6,177 nt of DNA from the NCBI RefSeq assembly GCF_000150275.1, contig NW_002061329.1, positions 1 to 6,177 on the forward strand, in the 5' to 3' direction. This document shows, in pieces, positions 1-6,177 of this stretch. Under the pieces are notes generated by a model, which was given only the letters and a program-made list of their open reading frames with translations, was not told where the DNA came from and did no database searches. The position numbers and the translations under genes are program-made. Position 1 is the first letter of the stretch, and each line of letters opens with the position of its first letter. Source of the DNA: Trichoplax adhaerens. Taxonomy: Eukaryota > Animalia > Placozoa.

Positions 1-160
1 AGGCTTTACTTGTATGATTTGTGCTATTTGGATTTTGTATGGTGAATTGAGTACGAATCACTTAAATCGTAAATTGAAATAATACAGACCACCTCTTATA
101 TGCATGGCATTATATAAGATTAAAAATAAACCTGCAATAAAATAGTCTATCTTAGTATCT

Positions 161-169
161 TATATAAAA
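161..169 (+). promoter_or_regulatory. Possible TATA box
   Basis: tatataaaa lies about 45 nt upstream of two consensus donors (205, 214). This is weak evidence in an AT-rich background. Confidence 0.15.
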
Positions 170-740
170 TTGACACATTTAATAGAATACTAGTTTATCC
201 TCGTGTAAGTACCGTAAGTGTCATGTGCTATGCAGGTGATTTATACATTAGCTTTAGTTTAATTAGTCATCAAGCAATTTTGTATTCATCAATCAATTTA
301 ATGATGCAAAATTATTATCCAATCAATGTTAATTCAATCGTTATTGGTATGCGTGGAAGCTATTGTCATGTTCCTATTCTATTCATGTTCATGCTAATCT
401 TGAACTTATTCTACGTGTAGGCTCAACATTTGAGTCATTTTGATGCTAGTGTTGTGCTAATGATGCGTTTTATAATTATTATTATAATGATGATTGACTT
501 AGATGATTGATATATTAGAAAAACGGATAGAAAGAAGTATCGACAAGAAAGCCTGCCCACTTTAATTTATTTCTTCTCCATCATCCTGATGAATTGTAAG
601 AGAATAATGGATGAATGATTGTAAACCGCTAACAAATAAAGGCGTATCCGATTTGGCTAATTAGGGCACGTTCCTAACTGAAATAGACTTTGTAATGCTG
701 ATCTTGATTTGAAAGCATCGAGCATCCATTATAGTGTGCT

Positions 741-770
741 CTTTACGTATTTTATCACTCATTTGTACAG
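741..770 (+). other. Probable 3' splice site of a 5'-UTR intron of the TPR gene
   Basis: A pyrimidine-rich tract ctttacgtattttatcactcatttgtacag ends 87 nt before the ATG. Candidate donors are gtaagt at 205 and 214 and gtaaga at 596. Confidence 0.35.
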
Positions 771-857
771 CGATCAAAATTGTTAACCCTATCGAGTAGA
801 CAAATTGTGACTATTTTTCTCAAATTATATATTTTGATTGTTGTTGAAAAGTAAAAT

Positions 858-3116
858 ATGGCCAATCAGACGAGCAATTCTACGATATTTGACGAGATTA
901 AATCTATACGCAAAAAGGGCGTGAAATATCATGGCGAAGGCAATTATGAAGACGCGTTATTTTATTTTCAGAAAGCTGTAACTCAAATCAAATCGATAGC
1001 GGAGAGTAGTGATAGTCGTCGTCAACTTGAATATTCTATTTATCTCGCTATGGCTCAATCTTACCGGCAAAAATATCAATTGATAGAAGCCAATGAATAC
1101 AGTGGAAAAGCAGAAAAGTTAGCTGAGAAACTAGAAGAGGTCAAGATTTCTTATTGTTTCGATATCCAGGGCGACTGTAAACGACTTCAAGGTGATTTTA
1201 TGGGTGCTTTGCGTGATTACAACAAATCACTTCAAATAAAATTAAAATCGTTAGGGAGTGAACATCTTGATGTCAGTGAGTCCTATCATAACATCGGCTT
1301 GGTCTACCACAATCAAGGCAAGCATGACGAGGCATTAAAAGAATACAATAAATCATTAAGGATTAAACTGAAAATTCTTAAAAATAATGATCCAAGTATT
1401 GCTGTATTATATAACAGCATTGGACAAGTCTATGCTAATCAAGGCAAGTATGATGGCGCTCTATCAATGTATAACAAGTCACTCAAGATTAAACTGACAC
1501 AACTTGGTGATAATCATCCAAGTATTGCTGATACATATAACAACATTGGTCTTGTCTATTATCATCAAGGCAAGTATGATGACGCTCTATCAATGTATAA
1601 CAAGTCACTCAAGATTAAACTGACACAACTTGGCGACAATCATCCAAGTATTGCTGATACATATAACAACATTGGTCTTGTCTATCATCGTCAAGGCAAG
1701 TATGATGACGCTCTATCAATGTATAACAAGTCACTCAAGATTAAACTGACACAACTTGGTGATAATCATCCAAGTATTGCTGATACATATAACAACATTG
1801 CAAATGTCTATGATAATCAAGGCAAGTATGATGACGCTCTATCAATGTATAACAAGTCACTCAAGATTAAACTGACACAACTTGGCGACAATCATCCAAG
1901 TATTGCTACAACATATAACAACATTGGTCGTGTCTATAAAGATCAAGGCAAGTATGATGACGCTCTATCAATGTATAACAAGTCACTCAAGATTAAACTG
2001 ACACAACTTGGCGACAATCATCCAAGTATTGCTGATACATATTGCAACATTGCAAGTGTCTATGATGATCAAGGCAAGTATGATGACGCTCTATCAATGT
2101 ATAACAAGTCACTCAAGATTAACCTGACACAACTTGGCGACAATCATCCAAGTATTGCTTATATATATCACAACATTGCAAGTGTCTATCATCATCAAGG
2201 CAAGTATGATGACGCTCTATCAATGTATAACAAGTCACTCAAGATTAAACTGACACAACTTGGCGACAATCATCCAAGTATTGCTGATACATATCACAAC
2301 ATTGGTTGTGTCTATGATGATCAAGGCAAGTATGATGACGCTCTATCAATGTATAACAAGTCACTCAAGATTAAACTGACACAACTTGGCGACAATCATC
2401 CAAGTATTGCTGATACATATAACAACATTGGTCTTGTCTATCATCATCAAGGCAAGTATGATGACGCTCTATCAATGTATAACAAGTCACTCAAGATGGA
2501 ACTAACACAACTTGGCGACAATCATCCAAGTATTGCTAATACATATAACAACATTGGTCGTGTCTATAAAGATCAAGGCAAGTACGACGACGCTCTATCA
2601 ATGTATAACAAGTCACTCAAGATTAATCTGACACAACTTGGCGACAATCATCCAAGTATTGCTAATACATATAACAACATTGGTCGTGTCTATAATCGTC
2701 AAGGCAAGTATGATGACGCTCTATCAATGTATAACAAATCACTCAAGATTACACAAACACAACTTGGCGACAATCATCCAAGTATTGCTAATACATATAA
2801 CAACATTGGTCGTGTCTATAATCGTCAAGGCAAGTATGATGACGCTCTATCAATGTATAACAAGTCACTCAAGATTAAACTGACACAACTTGGCGACAAT
2901 CATCCAAGTATTGCTATAACATATAACAACATGGGTCGTGTCTATGATGATCAAGGCAAGCATGATGACGCTGTATCTATGTATAACAAATCACTCAAGA
3001 TTCGACAAACACAACTTGGCGACAATCATCCAAGTATTACTACAACATATAACAACATTGCAAGTGTTTATAGCGATCAAGGCAAGTATGATGACGCTTT
3101 ATCAATGCTTTTGTAA
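858..3116 (+). CDS. TPR-repeat protein made of 42-aa TPR-like units (kinesin light chain / nephrocystin-3-like repeat type), about 18 units, with no other recognisable domain
   Basis: 752-aa ORF. The ATG at 858 is in an aaaatATGG context with an in-frame TAA at 852-854. The units match the TPR consensus (Y4, I7, G/A8, Y11, G15, Y17, A20, Y24, S27) plus the LGDNHPSI linker typical of 42-residue TPRs. There is no KLC coiled coil, NB-ARC/NACHT P-loop, signal peptide or TM segment. The 3' end may be truncated or spliced. Confidence 0.93.
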   Translation: MANQTSNSTIFDEIKSIRKKGVKYHGEGNYEDALFYFQKAVTQIKSIAESSDSRRQLEYSIYLAMAQSYRQKYQLIEANEYSGKAEKLAEKLEEVKISYCFDIQGDCKRLQGDFMGALRDYNKSLQIKLKSLGSEHLDVSESYHNIGLVYHNQGKHDEALKEYNKSLRIKLKILKNNDPSIAVLYNSIGQVYANQGKYDGALSMYNKSLKIKLTQLGDNHPSIADTYNNIGLVYYHQGKYDDALSMYNKSLKIKLTQLGDNHPSIADTYNNIGLVYHRQGKYDDALSMYNKSLKIKLTQLGDNHPSIADTYNNIANVYDNQGKYDDALSMYNKSLKIKLTQLGDNHPSIATTYNNIGRVYKDQGKYDDALSMYNKSLKIKLTQLGDNHPSIADTYCNIASVYDDQGKYDDALSMYNKSLKINLTQLGDNHPSIAYIYHNIASVYHHQGKYDDALSMYNKSLKIKLTQLGDNHPSIADTYHNIGCVYDDQGKYDDALSMYNKSLKIKLTQLGDNHPSIADTYNNIGLVYHHQGKYDDALSMYNKSLKMELTQLGDNHPSIANTYNNIGRVYKDQGKYDDALSMYNKSLKINLTQLGDNHPSIANTYNNIGRVYNRQGKYDDALSMYNKSLKITQTQLGDNHPSIANTYNNIGRVYNRQGKYDDALSMYNKSLKIKLTQLGDNHPSIAITYNNMGRVYDDQGKHDDAVSMYNKSLKIRQTQLGDNHPSITTTYNNIASVYSDQGKYDDALSMLL
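885..1388 (+). repeat. Diverged N-terminal TPR units (about 4)
   Basis: Units at 1137 and 1263 keep the 126-bp register (…QGDFMGALRDYNKSLQIKLKSLGSE; HLDVSESYHNIGLVYHNQGKHDEALKEYNKSLRIKL) but have many silent and replacement differences. Two more degenerate TPR-like hairpins precede them (KGVKYHGEGNYEDALFYFQKA; IYLAMAQSYRQKYQLIEANEYSGKA). Confidence 0.8.
1389..3107 (+). repeat. Coding tandem repeat, 126-bp period, about 13.6 copies, very high internal identity
   Basis: Units start at 1389, 1515, 1641, 1767, 1893, 2019, 2145, 2271, 2397, 2523, 2649, 2775, 2901 and 3027 (last one partial). The exact 126-bp spacing shows no indels. The near-invariant core is caaggcaagtatgatgacgctctatcaatgtataacaagtcactcaag. 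Confidence 0.98.
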
Positions 3117-3908
3117 GGTGTTTGATAAGTTATTTGCTTTCGATATTCTGCTTTTGATTATAACGACAGCGCTAACATCACAATACAACACCATACTGAA
3201 GTATTGTAGTCGGTAAACAACTTGTACAACAAGTATTTCTTAAAGGTTAGGTGTTTCAACCCTGTTCAATTCTAAGTCGGTCTATTAGTCTATTAAGATC
3301 TAATAGATCGTAAAAATCGTTCAATAACAAACCTATTGTAGTAGTAGTGAGTATTACAGCCCCAATATAACTTAAACATTGATTCTAAGGTTGTATGAGT
3401 ATTCGTGCTAGTAGTTATAATATTGTTACGGTTTGGTATATCGTGATGAGATGGAGCTGGGATTAACTCACAAGGTACTCCGACTGTCGGATAGCTGATA
3501 TATTCGACCTACTGACTCACAACAACTTGGTAATCTTCGGTTAAGTATAGTAATGCTTTATTTCTCTATTCACTAAACTGCCCATAGCCGCGAGCTAAGA
3601 ATAACGCAATGCACGTAAATCCTAAGTTATTGCCTGGCCATGCAGGACTTATAATCTCTGAAGAGAATTTCAATTTACTAATCGTTCACGCTCAACCACG
3701 AGCTCTGAGCAAACAACTTTGCCAAATACTTGAATACTATACTATTTAAATACAAGCATCCGTAATGGTAATTGTGAGAATGATACGTCCCTTTACGCGT
3801 AATTTACATTCTAAACTCTACGCGATTACAAAACTAAGACTAGAAAAAGTATAGGTTGCAGTAGTTATTAGAGATGCTGTATTAGGTAACCTTAACACCT
3901 TAACATAC

Positions 3909-4115
3909 GCAAGTAACGAAATCCTAGACTAACTAAGATAGATGTTGAATTCTGTATCCTGATGATACTTTGCAACCAAATGTACATATAAGCGGGAGAT
4001 TTCGTCTTCGAAGTTAAGTTAGTCGTAGCTAATCTGGTCCTTGGTGGAAGCTGTAATTTATTCTCAAGATACGGAAGTCTTTGCTTAAAGTTAGACGCTT
4101 TATCGCACAGTGATG
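3909..4115 (-). other. Candidate minus-strand exon (207 bp) or pseudo-exon of unknown product
   Basis: On the minus strand there is a perfect branch motif TACTAAC (4151-4157), a T-rich tract and AG (4116-4117), 68 open codons (SLCDKASNFKQRLPYLENKLQLPPRTRLATTNLTSKTKSPAYMYIWLQSIIRIQNSTSILVSLGFRYL), and a donor GTATGT (3903-3908). In-frame stops lie a few codons outside both splice sites. Confidence 0.3.
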
Positions 4116-5486
4116 CTATTACAAATTAAAATCATATAGAGTTCAATGAAGTTAGTAATTTTATTGCAATAGAAACGAGATTGCATCTAGGCTGTAGAAT
4201 CGACAACAACTATTTACTGCTGAACCTTATCAAAATTACCCAAACTGATCGCTAACGAAGATTTTTTACTGATACAACGAAAAATCGCAAAGGATTATCA
4301 CATTGCAGTGCTTTCAGCTAAAATGCAGTAGTTTTGCGTAGGGCTAATAAGCCTGGCACTACACAGTATACATATGCTAAATCGATCGTCGCATCTCATT
4401 TATCTTTACTACTGGCTTTTCAAGAAAGCGTTTATAAAATCACTTCTTTACCTATACATAATGCATAATTTTACACCAAAATTAGTAACAGTATATTTTC
4501 AGTAGGCTACAATGATGCTTGGATCTAACTGTATACTAAATAGCTTATTCAATAAGTTGAAAAGAGTACCATCTTTTCTCTAGTTAATTACATCATTTAC
4601 CAACACTGATGAATCAATTAGCTAATGACTTAGTCAGTAGTTTTTTTTAATAAAGATTAGATAGCAAGATATCATTATTTAGTATTATATGACTTACAGG
4701 AAGTGAAGTTTACCTTTAGTAAGCAAGACTACTTCTCTAACTTACGATATAGTAACTAGAATCTTTTCGAAATGCACACACTTTAAGGCGCAACACAGTA
4801 TAACGTGCATAAGTAAGTACTTTTATTGGCCATTATCCCCTTCAACTGTACATACTCTGTCAGTCATTGTAAACATATGTCGATATTTTTAAAACTTAGA
4901 TAACTGTAAATTGACAAAGCTTGTGTAACAACATTCCGTACGTTTAAAAATTTCGTCATTTTCACCTACAGTGCAGGTACTTTGCAATACGAGATTTGCT
5001 GCAATCTTTCAGAGTAAACTGAAATATTTCTTTACAATCATCCGTTTTTCAGTAGTCTCATTTTGCTATCGCTATTTTACAATTTTCTGCAAATGATTTA
5101 TTTATTNTTAAATATGACCGTCTGCAATCGTTTGAAGTTTGATCGTTACAAGTACTACCAAAGCGTAAAAAGCCAAATTCTGTTCAGTAAAATGTGTTTT
5201 GTAATAGTCTTCTTTGAATTAAAGTATATTTTTCAATAAGTTCTCACACTCTGTATTTTTAAAGAGAATAGCTTGCAGTTAGTATAACAACATTGAGTTA
5301 AGTAAATCACACTATATTACAATCATTTAAGCCAAAAGAGTACGTACTTTTAACGTTTAACGATGTTATAATACTTTATAGAAATGTTGAGCGCTTGCAT
5401 GCATAGTAGCGAATGAGATTATACAGTACTTTGGTTTCTTTAATGGCTGATGATACTGTATCTTTGTAATGTCGATTCAACTCTAG

Positions 5487-5603
5487 AACAAGAATCAGAC
5501 GAAACTGAGAAACTCAATGCTAGTTGTGCACCCGGAATTCGATTTGAAGTCTCTGTCGATTCTAATGAAACTGTTGAGATAGAAATGGACGAACCTGATT
5601 CTT
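5487..5603 (+). CDS. Probable coding exon, acidic linker (QESDETEKLNASCAPGIRFEVSVDSNETVEIEMDEPDS), of the death-domain gene
   Basis: Acceptor ctctag ends at 5486 and there is a perfect donor gtaagt at 5604-5609. The 117-bp exon is open, phase 1-1, and joins in frame to the exon at 5893. An in-frame ATG at 5450 is an alternative 5' boundary. Confidence 0.6.
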
Positions 5604-5892
5604 GTAAGTTGTACTATGGCTAACATTTTTTTACTATTTTAAGTGACAATACAGTAAAATCTATCGCATACTACAATAGCAGCGACTTGCCTGATTTGTA
5701 AGATGGAGTCATTTAATTGGTTTGTATAGCAAGCGCTTTCAACAATTGCAACTTAGAAAGAGGAATATTCTTGATTTAGTGTAGAGAGAATCGTTCATTC
5801 TTGCTACATTCAATTTTCTATTAACTGTTTCATATGATGTACCGTAAGTAGCCGCTGATCCTATTTTTGCAAATAAAATAAAATTATTGTAG
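5604..5892 (+). other. Probable GT-AG intron (289 bp), possibly containing small extra exons
   Basis: Runs gtaagt…aattattgtag, phase 1 at both ends. The tandem acceptor tagcag (5890-5895) keeps the frame with either AG. Confidence 0.55.
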
Positions 5893-6138
5893 CAGCCAAG
5901 AAGTATAACAGCAAAATCGCAAAAGATATCGGAACGGAGTGGAAAACTTTGGCAAGAGAATTTGGAATGGATCAACGCGACATCCAAAAAATTATAGCTG
6001 AAAATAATGGATCAGTTGACGATCAATGTGCGCAAATGTTGAGTATGTATGCGAGTAGGAAAGGTCGGAGTTACACAAAGAGAGCATTAGTTGAAGCACT
6101 CTTCAAAAGCGGGCTGCGTTCTGTAGCTGAAGATCATC
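5893..6138 (+). CDS. Death-domain-encoding exon (partial gene, probably continuing beyond the window)
   Basis: The frame of ORF 5949-6164 extends upstream to the acceptor: AKKYNSKIAKDIGTEWKTLAREFGMDQRDIQKIIAENNGSVDDQCAQMLSMYASRKGRSYTKRALVEALFKSGLRSVAEDH. This matches the death-domain pattern (IAxxIGxxWxxLARxxG…IxxI…QxxxML…TxxxLxxALxxxGxxxVAE). Donor gtatgt at 6139-6144. 246 bp, phase 1-1. Confidence 0.85.
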
Positions 6139-6177
6139 GTATGTGTAAAGTTATTCTACATTAAAAATCAAAAAGAA

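Noticed and set aside
223-420. 65-aa ORF
   Set aside because: It is an AT-rich, low-information peptide lying between donor-like gtaagt (205/214) and acceptor-like gtgtag (420), so it is more likely intronic or UTR sequence.
1515-3077. Diversity-generating retroelement: variable codons at pos5, 9 and 13 look like AAY-to-NNY changes
   Set aside because: There is no reverse transcriptase or separate template repeat in the window. Neighbouring AAC/AAT codons are invariant and non-adenine changes occur (ggt/gca, aat/aaa). Selection on the first two codon positions explains the pattern.
1389-3107. CRISPR array or non-coding satellite
   Set aside because: There are no unique spacers. The period is an exact multiple of 3 within an open frame encoding TPRs, in a eukaryotic context.
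858-3116. Naming the gene KLC or NPHP3
   Set aside because: Only the repeat type is shared. The KLC heptad region and the NPHP3 N-terminal coiled-coil and NTPase regions are absent.
2638-3216. ORFs 2638-2883 and 2938-3216
   Set aside because: These are shadow frames of the repeat. They are longer only because the out-of-frame TAA in att-aaa is lost in the units carrying att-aca and att-cga.
3479-3491. Palindrome tccgac-t-gtcgga, plus inverted tctattag/ctaataga at 3281-3307
   Set aside because: Both are short enough to arise by chance, and I found no terminal inverted repeats or target-site duplications defining an element.
5107-5107. Ambiguous base N
   Set aside because: This is a sequencing or assembly ambiguity, not biology. 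It signals draft quality, so the repeat copy number should be verified.
5680-5697. Possible frame-preserving micro-exon (tag|cagcgacttgcctgattt|gtaaga)
   Set aside because: The polypyrimidine tract is weak and it cannot be supported without transcripts.
5739-5987. Minus-strand 82-aa ORF
   Set aside because: It is antisense to the death-domain exon and intron, with no recognisable features.

Overview
AT-rich, intron-containing eukaryotic DNA. The LGDNHPSIADTYNNIG repeat type resembles the expanded TPR family I recall from the placozoan Trichoplax; this is an inference and was not searched. The main feature is an uninterrupted 752-aa ORF (858-3116, +) built almost entirely of TPR-like units. 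About 4 diverged N-terminal units are followed by about 13.6 near-identical 126-bp (42-aa) units. The units are homogenised even at silent sites, but amino-acid variation is concentrated at TPR positions 2, 5, 8/9, 12, 13 and 31. The variants occur in mosaic combinations that fail the four-gamete test. This fits a recombination-diversified variable binding or receptor protein. The array stops abruptly within its last unit. Downstream on the same strand are two phase-compatible exons (5487-5603 acidic linker; 5893-6138 death domain) of a gene that probably continues out of the window. A candidate minus-strand exon missed by the ORF track lies at 3909-4115.
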